The position numbers were made by a program, and so were the translations under genes. This document shows positions 1 through 14,583 of a stretch of DNA of 64,000 nt, in pieces; the stretch's first letter is position 1, and the number at the start of each line of letters is the position of its first letter. The stretch covers positions 20,832,001 through 20,896,000 of the forward strand of contig CM106586.1 of assembly GCA_048013815.1 (NCBI GenBank), written 5' to 3'. The notes beneath the pieces are model-generated. The model ran no database searches. It saw only the letters and a program-made list of their open reading frames with translations, and was not told the DNA's origin. This stretch comes from Setoptus koraiensis. Its lineage: Eukaryota > Animalia > Arthropoda.

Positions 1-212
1 TATTTCATAAACTAACAAGCACAATTATATTTCTTGAATTACTCTTGGAATCAAACAAATAAACTCTTAATATGGATTTATTTCTTAATACATATTGCTG
101 TATGCTTAGGATAATTTTGCTCTTGACTAAATTGATATAGTTTTACGAATTCTGACGTGGCCCCATAACTAAAATAATAATATAATTTTTTCTTATAATC
201 ATATGTTTGAAC

Positions 213-2449
213 TCAAAGCTTTGTCTGACGAGGATAATACTCTTCAAGGATGCCAGGTGGTATACGACGCAACATATCTTTAGGAAACATACGTAACAAC
301 TTCCAGGCAATATTTAAAGAATCGAATACTGTCCGGTTCTCATGCATGTCCTGAGCTAGAAAACCTCTTTCAAATTTATCTAGAAACTCTAAGTAAAGCA
401 AGTCATCTGATGTTAGTGCCTCTTCACCGGCAACTTTCTTCATTGGAGCAACATCCTGGGTGGCAGTTGCGTAGCAGGCGTACATCTGATTGGACACATC
501 TGAGTGGTCTTTTCTTGTCATGCCAGGTCCAATAGCGGACTTCATGAGACGACTAAGTGAAGGTAAAACATTGATAGGTGGATAGATCTTACGACCATGT
601 AAATTACGATCAATATAGATCTGACCTTCAGTAATGAACCCTGTAGTGTCGGGAATGGGATGAGTAATGTCATCATTGGGCATAGTTAATATAGGAATTT
701 GTGTAATCGATCCTGTCCTTCCTTCTACACGGCCAGCTCTTTCATAAATTGTTGCTAAATCACTGTACATGTAGGGTGGATAACCACGACGTCCTGGAAC
801 CTCTTCGCGCGCTGATGAAATCTCACGTAGAGCGTCACAATATGATGTCATGTCCGTCAAAATGACTAAAACATGACGGCCGCACTCGTAAGCCAAAAAT
901 TCTGCTGTTGTCAAAGCAATACGAGGTGTTATTATACGTTCAAATGTTGGATCATTCGCTAAGTTGATAAACAAGCATACGTTTTCCATTGACCCATTGG
1001 CAATAAATTCATGCCTAAAAAATCTAGCAGTCTCTGATGTAACACCGATAGCGGCAAACACTATGGCAAAGTTACTCTCAGGCTTGTCACCTCCCGATGT
1101 TTCAGTTTCAGAACCGGGAGCTTTCACAAGACCAGCTTGACGACAAATTTGTGCAGCGATTTCATTGTGGGGCAGACCAGCTGCAGAAAATATGGGAATT
1201 TTCTGGCCTCTTGCAATAGAATTCATGACATCGATAGCTGAAATACCGGTTTGTATCATTTCCTGAGGATAGTTACGACTAGCAGGATTAATGGGCTCAC
1301 CATTGATATCGAGATATTTTTCTGGAGTTATTGCATCACCGCCATCAATAGGTTTACCACATCCGTTAAAGATACGTCCAAGCATGTCTTCTTCTACGGG
1401 CACCCTGAGGAGCTCGCCAGAGAATTCACACTCTGTGTTTTTGACGTCTAAGCCTGATGTTCCCTCGAAGACTTGAACGACCGCTTTGGTCCCCTTGAAT
1501 TCTAGAACTTGAGCAGTTCTGCGGCTGCCATCAGGCAGCTTAATAATAACAATTTCACCATATTGTGGAAAGCGAACCAGATCGACAACAAGTAGCGGCC
1601 CGTAAACAGATCCTATTGTTTTGTAGGTTAACCTAGGCTGAAAATCTTTGGGCGCCGACTTAGTTTCGCTGGGCTGCACTAGTGATCCTTCGCCTCGTTT
1701 AGATAAAGCCGATATTTCTGGCAATAGTTGTTGATTTACCATTTCGAGTCGATTCTCCAGTGTGTTGGACACTTTGATTTTGGAATTGATCGCGGTCAAT
1801 TCGATACCTCCACAAGATTCAGGATGGAGATAATTTTTTTCATCGATCTTAAGATTGCATGGATCGCCGGATCGTTTTCTATACGTTTCCGCACATTCTT
1901 CCATGACTGATTTGACCAAATCGGCGTCTTGTTGTCGACATCTAAGTAGTACATCTTTTTCCATAAGTCTGTAGAGCGCTTGCTCAATGAGCTGCTTGAG
2001 GAGACCCTTATACCTGTCGGTATCGCGGGTGACTTCGAGCAAACTAGATCTGGCGTCGTCGAGTAGATTTCTAATGTGTTCGCCGCGAGCTTTCAGCACC
2101 TTTAGCCTGGCCTGGTTGAGCATGTGTGAATTTTGTATTTTTCTATCCAATTCCACCTGCTTTTCCTTTTTTTCATAATATTCCATAATCTTGATGCGCT
2201 GCTCTTGCACCAGACGGCCCTTTTCGATGTTGAATTCTTCCTCGGCTTTGGCTTCTATCTCCTCGGCCTTCTCGGTGGCCTCCTGCTCGATGAAGGCCAT
2301 CATGTGATTGATCTGATATCATGGCAGATGAGACAGGTCGCTTGTTATTGTTAGAGTAATTGATAAAATAACATTGATTGGATATAGAAAAGGATGTGGT
2401 AGGTGTCATCACTTACCTGACGTTGGACGTCAGAGTCGCTCAAAGCCAT
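213..2449 (-). CDS. ATP6V1E/ATP6V1B: V-type ATPase subunit E - subunit B in-frame fusion protein (exon 1 2449-2417, intron 2416-2313, exon 2 2312-213)
   Basis: Exon 1 encodes [11 protein letters not shown] and ends CAG|gtaagt; acceptor gatatcag|ATC AAT CAC ATG gives [19 protein letters not shown] (subunit E). E runs to LLPEI (~1713). A 24-aa linker follows, then QPRLTYKT...VFEGTSG...[21 protein letters not shown]...[21 protein letters not shown] (subunit B) to the stop at 213. No stop between the two. Confidence 0.9.
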
Positions 2450-2644
2450 GGCTGTTTTTGCTTAGCTAATATTAATTAGCGTATCTACAGCAGAATTATA
2501 ACAATTTGACAATATGTTTGGTTTGTGTGAATATAAGACGATATATATGTGTATATATTTTATACGGCAATATTCTTGGGGCAATAATTATGTAAGTATA
2601 TGTATTGATGTTGTAAATATTTCTCTGTAGAGTTATAAATCGTA

Positions 2645-2928
2645 GAATGATGAAAGCTTTGCTGGCTAGTAGCGAACAAAGAGCACAAGGGGATAGAACG
2701 CTAGCGTGTGGATATCGTTCAATTGAGAACGCTATCGCACACACAAACGCACACACACACGGTCACAAGCTCGGAGGCCACAAGCGGTGACACTCGCACA
2801 GACAATCGTGCGACAGAGTACAAGTGATTGAGGGTACGCTTGTCTGTCTGTCTAGCAGGGCCACTGCACAACACAGTGTGTGTTGTCTGTGTGTCTAGAG
2901 TGTGAGTTACGCAAACACACGTACAGGG
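2645..2928. repeat. Upstream block shared with the TRIP12 5' region (copy 1)
   Basis: gaatgatgaaagcttt.ctgg..agtag.gaacaaagagc..ggggatagaa.g.tagcgtgtg...acggtcacaagct...cactcgcacagaca...tacaagtga...ggtacgcttgtctg matches 34759-35040 collinearly. Confidence 0.88.
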
Positions 2929-3576
2929 TGTCATGTTATAACCGAATTTCTGCTCAAGCACAGGTCCGATTGGCGCGCAGAAAACTCATAATGTGCAGCA
3001 CAATCTCGTCCGCCAAGCTACCCGCCCTAAACTAACATACCTCGCATATGTGCCCAAGTATTTCGGGCTCAGCGAGTCCGGCAGTTGCTGGCGGGATATG
3101 AATTGTCTCGATTGAGACACAGAGCGTCGAATGGCGAAACAAAGCTCCAATAGAAGACCGTTAAAGGCGTCGAAATGGTTCGCAAATTCAATCGAACATA
3201 CCCCTTTCACCCGCGAACGTCCCCCGCCCCACGGTACTCGCAAGCACAGTCTGAGCTCGCCTTGCTACCACCTACAGGCCAAAAAAGCATTGCACAGCCA
3301 GGCGTAAGCTATACACAATAGCCACTTGACTGGCACACCCTGTATCTCTGCACTGGGTGTAATCACACTCTTGCAGTGTTCTCGAACACAATCCGCGAGA
3401 GGCACTGGCTGCGCCTTCATGCACAATCGAGTGCAAAAAGTGTCTCGGTGAATTCTGCCCAGTTCCTGCCGATAGCGGCCTATAGCACGAATAAACGGTA
3501 GCCAATTAAGTGATGCACATATATATATTATCCGATCTAACTCTTGCCTATTGTATGACAGCGGTAAAACACTCTT

Positions 3577-5383
3577 TTATTCTGTTTTCTTTTTATTATT
3601 CTTATCGGATGACGCTTGCGCCTTCTTAGCCTTTTTGTTTCTGGCTTCACGCACGTCACTCTCATTGGGAACACAATGCAAATGTTCGGGATCAACACGT
3701 TGATGTTCGGCGCAGTGAACTAGTTGCGGTTTGTCATTTACACACATGATAATATCCTGACGATTTAGATAATATCTAGGGAAAGGCCAATAGGTGTTAC
3801 CTTGATCATCGACTGGGCAGGTGAAATGTGCTAATGCATCGCTTTTGCAACCCAAAATTTCGGCCCACTGACAACTCTTTGTTCTGTCGTCGTAAATTTG
3901 ACCTTCAACAGTGCACCTCCTGACTTCGGGCACACCAGCCTTGCATTCATAGTAGTCTATCGAACAGCTTGGCTGTCCTTGCACCGGAAATAGTCCGTAC
4001 TGCCAGCGACAACCAGGGCTCGATACGGGATTTGGTATTGTCTTATCTCCACAGGTTGTGTTCCAACGGTGTACACAATTATCTACTACTGTGTCCTTCG
4101 TTCCGTATAGCAAGCCATTTGGACACTGTTGCTCAGTGGCGTGACCATTATTACAAACATAATATTTATCACAAGCTGTGGGGTGCTCTACAGTGGTCGT
4201 GCCAGTTGGAGGACAAGGACCGTTCTTAGCGGCTGGTCTCCTCATTATGGCGGGATTTGGCTTGTTTTGAGAAGACTCTGATGGTTTCTGCTCACTTGTA
4301 AATGTTGTCTGATCACTTGTGATCGATTGCGGTGGCCTAGATGATGGTCTCTTATTCGTACTCTGTTGCTGTGACGGTTGTTGAAATTCCTCTGAGAATG
4401 CCCCACCACCGCCAGGTTCATTTGGGCTTACAGGTTTTCTACCGTTGCTGTTCTTATTAGACGGGCTTGGCTGGTAACCATAATCTTGCTTAGCTAGGTC
4501 ACCATTTTGATTGTCAATCAGCTCTTCATCTGATATGGCCGGTGGGGCTAGAGTTGATGTAGAAGATGATAAGGCAGCAACGAGATCAAAAATACTTGTC
4601 ACAGGTTGGGCGCTACCCGAATCGCCATCATTATTTTGTCTTACGGCAGGCATACCAAACTGGTTCTCACTAATGATTGGCCTCGAAGTTTGAGCTCGAC
4701 GCGAATCTATACCAATCTGAAGTTTTACTGGCGCTGGTCTTGATTGGGAGTTACGTTTCGGAGTGGGACTATCCTCAGATTGATTTTGATTGTTGTCTAA
4801 AGCGGCATCTTGTTCATTTGGCAGCTGCAAGCGAGTCGGTTGAGCCTCTGAAGCTACCGGAAACGAATCTAGTCTATCTATGGAATCATGATTTCCATCA
4901 GATTGACTTGCCGACCATTTTTGTTTAGACGGACCGTCAGAAACGAATAGAGATGCTGCCGGCTCAATCGACTCCTCAATTGTCTCTTCCTTGACTATCT
5001 TCCATCCGTTTTGCGAGTTATGATCCGCAACTGATGATTCTGGTTTTAAATTTACACTTGAACCCGCTTTGTTAATGGCTTCTAATGGAGAATGAGCTAC
5101 ATTTGTTTCAGCCTTGCTATCGTGTGCGGTAGCATATGGTGCTTGTTGATTTCCGATATCAGGATTTACCAATATTCTTATGCGGCCTTGAGATCGTTTT
5201 TTCATGCAAAACATTGAAGACGAAAAACGTTTAGAGAATGATTGTCAATCGATGCTGTAACAGGTTGTTACAACATGTTTGAAAGCTGTAAACAAACTCA
5301 CCTTGTTCTAAACTGTCCGCTGCATCATAGGCCCTTACTGCCAATGATGCAATTAATAGAAGAATTATCGATAAATCTTGCAT
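3577..5383 (-). CDS. Secreted chitin-binding protein with three peritrophin-A (CBM14) domains, obstructor/CPAP3-like, with long low-complexity N-terminal region (exon 1 5383-5302, intron 5301-5187, exon 2 5186-3577)
   Basis: Exon 1 MQDLSIILLLIASLAVRAYDAADSLEQ is a signal-peptide-like sequence with donor G|gtgagt; in-frame acceptor ctcaag|GC. Three Cys-patterned domains at the C-terminus (CDKYYVCNNG..CPNGLLY; CSIDYYECKAG..C; CVNDKPQLVHC). Confidence 0.85.
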
Positions 5384-5995
5384 ATTTAATTGTGAATTAT
5401 ACCTTATGTTGTGACACTGTGACTACTGTATCGAAATTACCAATTCTTCGCACTGAGCTGCTCCATATATTATGGTACCTATTCAATCTAACTGTTTTGA
5501 TGAACTCATTTAGAAAATAAAGCATAGTGGAGATACACATTCGTATATATGTATATACATGTCTTACTACTGATGTGTATTTGATTCTCACTCTCGATTT
5601 GCTTGGACGATTCTAAGTTAGCAATGCCATTCCTCAACAGATAAGCTAAATATGTCACCTAGTTTCTAAGTCGCATTCACTGGATCAAAGCAACACTTTA
5701 ACAACCTTTGCTGAGGATTCTCTTGACTCATACCTGTTAATGTGTTGGACAAGCTGGACGGGCAGAATAAACTGGCCATTGCTCTCAACTGGCACAACAA
5801 CGAGTTTCAGCTATATTTGTTGCTTTCTCTGACCGCTCTAATCTTAATTAGAACAAATAAAATACATACAAGTGAAAGGAACTATAAGCTTGTATCCATC
5901 ATCTGAGACGCCGAGAGCAGAAGTTAGAATTATCGTTAGTTTACGAAAGTTGTTTCTAGGTGCCTTGACCGACATGTAGAACCGTTTCATATATA

Positions 5996-5998
<3 letters not shown>

Positions 5999-6049
<51 letters not shown>
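5999..6049. repeat. (AT)n microsatellite
   Basis: About 25 AT units with one G interruption; the poly-IY ORF at 5844-6062 is an artefact of it. Confidence 0.95.
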
Positions 6050-6233
6050 GATGGATGCTCATGTATCGCTAGAGTCTAACATTTTATACCTACAGAGGTG
6101 AGGTGATATTTTATTATGGAAAGAACTGCATTAAGGGAGCAAATCAAGATAAATAAATATACAATGTACAAGGATAATTATAGTATTTATTATCCATTTA
6201 GGTTATCTTCAAGTTGGTATTCTGTTACTTGGT

Positions 6234-7007
6234 TCAGTCGAGATCAGATTCAAATGAACTATCGGCATTGGCGATGGCATGGGATGTCATGTATTCTTGA
6301 GCCTTTTGAAGGTCTAGCTTCAAAGCAAACATTACTATCTGGGTTGTAGCCTCTTTGAATAATACAGTTGATATATAATCGATGTCGTTCAATTTGATAA
6401 AATCGCCATCTTCCTCTGTCTTACAATAGAATTTGCCCTGCAGACAGCCTTGTATATAATCAACTTGAGCTCGTGAGAAGAGTGTAGTCTTGACATCTGA
6501 GTAAAGTTCCTGCATTGGTTTTCCTCTTTTTTTGTACTTGAGGAATTGTGTATGAATTTCACTCTCGACAGTGCCTTCTTTGACGCCCTTCAGATGTTGG
6601 AAGAATTTCACAGTTATTAAATATCTTAGTTGGTCCTCTGTTAAGTCTTTGACCTTTTTAATTCTTTTCAGCCGTCGCTCGAGATACTGACATTCTTGTT
6701 CAGTTAATTCTATCTTTCCTTCGTCTAATCCTCGATTGACAGTCGCTCCATTGGTGTGAACGGGTTCTCTCTGTTTTTGTTTCTTTCTAGTCTCTTTTCT
6801 TAGACATTGCTTCTTGTTGGGTGAACCTTCAGTTTCGTCTTTAATATTTTTTAGAACGCTCTCCTCGCATTTCTTAGCGCTCCTATCAATGGACGATAAT
6901 AGCTTCTTCTCTAGTTCTTGCAACGTTTTCATATTGATCCTTTTTTTGCTTGCCTCCTCCATATCTCGAGCCAATTTATTAAAGTCTATACTATCTATGG
7001 TTGCCAT
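6234..7007 (-). CDS. Hypothetical protein, 257 aa, Lys/Glu-rich N-terminal half
   Basis: ATG-initiated 774-nt ORF with protein-like composition in a genome where long ORFs are otherwise genes; no family recognised. Confidence 0.65.
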   Translation of the reverse strand: MATIDSIDFNKLARDMEEASKKRINMKTLQELEKKLLSSIDRSAKKCEESVLKNIKDETEGSPNKKQCLRKETRKKQKQREPVHTNGATVNRGLDEGKIELTEQECQYLERRLKRIKKVKDLTEDQLRYLITVKFFQHLKGVKEGTVESEIHTQFLKYKKRGKPMQELYSDVKTTLFSRAQVDYIQGCLQGKFYCKTEEDGDFIKLNDIDYISTVLFKEATTQIVMFALKLDLQKAQEYMTSHAIANADSSFESDLD

Positions 7008-7727
7008 GATTGCTTGTGATGTTACAGGTGAGCCAAGAATTATAAATTCAATTATTATGTGGTAAGAGCGAAAGAATATAGTGTGTAGCTCGGATAGTAA
7101 AAAGTATGTTTAGTGTAAGATTTATCTAGACTATAATGACGATTCTATGATTATTTTGAGGGAATTTACAATAAAGGAAGAATATGATGGCTTATGACTT
7201 TGGTAACATAGTGATGACGCCCTCGATTTCATTGTATTGATCCGATTCATGTACAACGGCTCTCTGTGCTTTAAAATGCATGCAAGAACGAAACAACAAC
7301 AAAAAAAGGTCACTTTCTGTGCCTGGTGTGGATCTTGTGTGCGTGTTTGGATCGGGCACGTAGAACATTTTAGTGTATGGTGTTTACAAACCTCTAGCTA
7401 GCCTCTGCAATGCTTCTCACATCCATGATGAACGAGGTGTGCTCTCTCGCAAATGAGCGTTCATGAGCGAGCACATTATCGTATGAGATGTTTATTTTTG
7501 AGACTAGAATATCACACACAGTATCATCGTACGATACAAGCGTATCATTTCTGAATCATCTGATCATTATTATCAACTAATATCATTTCTCATGTGTTCA
7601 ACAAGAATTTATCTTAATCCATTCACAGATTACATTGATTGTATTCCCCTCTTAATATAAACACTGTATATATTGAATAATTTATCAGGATACTAGGACA
7701 ACAACAAATAGCTCAAGCAACAACGTC

Positions 7728-8276
7728 ATGCAACCACAGCCAGCGCCTATTCCAAGTACCCCCCGACCGCAAGTCGTAACCCATAGTCGTAAGATACATG
7801 ATGCTTCACAACAACAGATTGGTCTTGGTGCAACATTTAATAGAACTAGGCCAGATAGGCGCTCATTTTCAGGTGCTGCCTTTGCTAGCGTATTCTTCGA
7901 GGGCAGGTATAGGACTTTGCGCGAATTGCACGGTTACACCTATAGTGGATTGAACGGAATCACCTCTTCGAATCTTCCTGGCGCCATTTTTCGATCATCA
8001 TTACCAGCAACACCCGTGGCAACTCCTATTCGTACTCAGCCTATGGTGCAATTTACTGAGCAAGCTATTCATAATAGATTGTGTGGCAACCAGAAATCTC
8101 CTATGACACTTCGCTCAATCTTCAATCAGACGCCCTCTAAATTTGCCCACCTACAATCTTCTCGTGCCAGAGACTTGGATTACAATGATGACACAGGCGA
8201 CATTGAGATGGATATTAACCAGAGAGCCTCTAGTTCCCCAGTTGAAATGGATTGCTCTAGTCAAAAAGATGGTTGA
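7728..8276 (+). CDS. Hypothetical low-complexity Ser/Pro/Thr-rich protein, 182 aa
   Basis: ATG-initiated ORF (caacgtcATG), divergent from the 6234-7007 gene; no family recognised. Confidence 0.55.
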   Translation: MQPQPAPIPSTPRPQVVTHSRKIHDASQQQIGLGATFNRTRPDRRSFSGAAFASVFFEGRYRTLRELHGYTYSGLNGITSSNLPGAIFRSSLPATPVATPIRTQPMVQFTEQAIHNRLCGNQKSPMTLRSIFNQTPSKFAHLQSSRARDLDYNDDTGDIEMDINQRASSSPVEMDCSSQKDG

Positions 8277-8394
8277 CAGTAACAGTAAAAGCGGAACAAC
8301 CTTGCGCAAATTGTAGGATGTACTGTATACTTAAAAGTGAACAATCAGCGAGAACTCAAAGTTCTTCGACCCACTTGGTGGATGAGTATTTTTC

Positions 8395-9425
8395 GAATGA
8401 TTTAACGCTTATTTTATCCTCAGAGCGGCGTTTTACATTTCAATAATTTCCTCGAGCTAACGCATGGTAGCCCTGACAGGCTCTGCCCCCGCGTACAACT
8501 GTACTTCACGTTTTCCTGTTGCTATTCAAATCAACTGTACAAATTTTTGTGTTTTGTCTATCTTTGCGACAGTTAACAGTTGCCGCGCAAGAGAATACGT
8601 GAGGCTGCACGCGAAGTTGCGTCAGAACAACACTAGAGCACTTGTGCGCTCTCATCTGTTTCGTTGCCCACGAGGGTAAATTGATAATAAAAGGAGACGA
8701 AAGAGTTGAAAGATTCAACTTGAAACATTTAGTGGAACACTCTATGCGTTCAGTTATGCATTTTAGCGCATTTTTGGCGCCCCAAGCGGATTTTCATTGA
8801 ACTGTGCTCATTGGCAATGGCAATTTAGCATTGAATGAGGGGGCTAGCATTTTGCACGAGGGGCTCGGCTTACACTAGAATGATTTGTGTCATGTGATCA
8901 TATTTCATTTTAGGTGCGCTCAGATACTGATGAACGGGATGAGAATGCGCACTAATAATGAAAAAGTGTGGCTCGCTGGTTGAGAAATGTGCAGATTGAA
9001 TGTAATGAGCATGTCGAGAGAAGAGCATGCCGATCAAAACGTCGTGTCGACCAGCATGTGCTGCCGACCAAAATGTAGGCACCGCTGATTATTGTATATT
9101 TGTTTACAGGCTAAGATTACCAGAATTTGCTTCAAAATGTTTCGCCAATTGAGTTGCTTATGGATGACCCCTTTGCGGTCCGGTAAGTATAGTACAATTC
9201 TTATAACTTTGAAAGTTCAACTATTAACGTGTAGACGAGTTTACCTAATAACCATGTTTTGTCTCCCTCATTCCGTCTTCCCACGATAGGTTTGAATGTC
9301 CACTTAGTTAAATCTAGCCACGAATTGCATCGCGTAACACCCTTGTTATCTCACTATGCCGGCAACAACGATGTATTCAAGCCCAACAGTTTGATTGCCC
9401 GTTTTTTCAATCAAGATATGACGCA
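8395..9425 (+). repeat. Segmental inverted duplication, copy 1 (promoter, exon 1, intron 1 and leader peptide; partner 18571-19690 on the minus strand)
   Basis: Collinear matches to the reverse complement of 18571-19690, e.g. tattttatcc..gagcggcgtt, gcccccgcgtacaactgtac, and exon 1 at 42/46 identity. Homology ends at atgacgca (9425). Confidence 0.95.
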
Positions 9426-10785
9426 GGGATGGCCGAAACCAATAATAGATTTCTTGAAGAGAGAAAATTTCACTGAGCCCACACTCATCCAAGAGAAGAC
9501 CCTACCGAAGACTATGGAGAAAAGAGATTTAGTCGGTATAGCTAGAACTGGTTCTGGAAAGACACTAGCTTTTGTCATCCCGGCAATCATGCATATTCTA
9601 GAGAAAAGACAGTCGTCCGAAGGGCGTCCATCATCACGTCAGCGAGATATCACTTGTCTTGTTCTGGCCCCAACTCGTGAATTGGCTAATCAAACGGCGG
9701 GTGTTGTTGCAAAATTTTCTACTATTAATTCACAAATCCTAGTCGGAGGACAGTCCAGGAATGTTCAGATAGACAACTTGAGAAGAATGGAGACAGACAT
9801 TGTTATAGCAACTCCAGGTAGGTTGATTGATCTGGTAGAAGACAAACAAATTGACCTTTCAAAAGTAACCTACTTAGTTCTTGATGAGGCAGACAGAATG
9901 TTGGACATGGGATTTGAGCCTCAAATTCGCTCTGTAATTAAAAATTTACCGGAGGAAAGGCAAACACTGATGTGGTCCGCAACGTGGCCAAAGGAGATAA
10001 AGAATTTGGCCGAGGATTTCATGAGGGATTATGACCACATCGCCATAGACGGTACTGAACTTAAAGCTAACCCTAATATTGAACAAATCGTGCAAGTTTG
10101 TCAGGGTTATGAAAAATTCGAAATAATGCTAGATTATATCAGAAAATTTGAAGCAGAAAATCCTGCTGTAAAGCCCAAGATACTGATATTTGCAGGTACA
10201 CAAAGGATGGTCGACCAGCTAGAATTTCAGCTGACGAAAAATTCCATTCGCGCCATATCGATGCATGGAAGACGCACTCAAATGCAAAGAGATAGAGCTT
10301 TAGAAAGTTTTAGAACAAACAGATGCCGCGTAATGGTAGCCACAGACGTCGCCGCCAGAGGCCTGGACATAAGTGATATAACGCATGTTTTCAATTATGA
10401 TTTCCCACAGACAATCGAAGACTATATCCATCGAATCGGGCGAACAGCTAGGCACTTGAATCACGGGAAGTCCGTCACTTTAATCACGGACAATGATTTT
10501 CACATTCTAGATGATCTTATCAAGGTCCTTGAGGAAACGAAACAGGAGGTACCAGCCGAACTTGCAAACTTACAATCAAGCAGTCAATCGTATCAGAGGC
10601 CTGCGAAGCGACAATATCAGAACCGTCGGTACCAGGGCCGACAATACTTCAATCAACAGTACCAGAACAGACAATATCAGGGTCGACAAAACGAGAACAG
10701 ACAATATCAGGGTCGACAAAACGAGAACAGACAATATCAGAGTCGAGATTACCAGTTCAGACAATACTCCGATGAATCGATGTAA
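9137..10785 (+). CDS. DEAD-box RNA helicase, DDX5/DDX17/Dbp2-like, with an N-terminal mitochondrial-type leader shared with OGDH (exon 1 9137-9182, intron 9183-9289, exon 2 9290-10785)
   Basis: Motifs FTEPTLIQ, GSGKT, PTRELA, TPGRL, DEAD, SAT, VAARGLDI and HRIGRTAR; TLMWSATWPKEI and LKANPNIEQIV resemble the DDX5 family. Donor G|gtaagt; in-frame acceptor cacgatag|GT. Confidence 0.9.
10630..10770 (+). repeat. Coding 15/30-bp tandem repeat (YQGRQ/NENRQ) in the helicase C-terminus
   Basis: gaacagacaatatcagggtcgacaaaacga occurs twice perfectly, with degenerate 15-bp flanking units. Confidence 0.9.
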
Positions 10786-11106
10786 ATGTAAAAGATTATA
10801 GTGAAATTTAATAAATGACTATGAAATCAAAATAAAGAATGATAGAAAATAAAAAATATTTTCTATGAACATTAATTGTTTACTTTAAGAAGCGCTATTA
10901 CTGTTAATGCGGCAGCAGCTGCTGCTGAGGCTGCTGTTGTTTTCTACTGCAGCGTTCGATTGCGGCCCAAGAGGGTTCGAACCTAAAACCGAACGCAGCG
11001 AAATGCGAACAGCAGAGACAAGTGTGACGCAATCATTTTGACTGTATATAGCAGTCAAATGGAGGTAACGGAGCTATAGACACATTTATGTTATAAATAC
11101 AAATAG

Positions 11107-14583
<3,477 letters not shown>

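Noticed and set aside
10945-11000. GGTTCGAACC B-box-like palindrome inside a small hairpin upstream of SIK
   Set aside because: No cloverleaf, A-box or acceptor stem could be built, so it cannot be called a tRNA or SINE.
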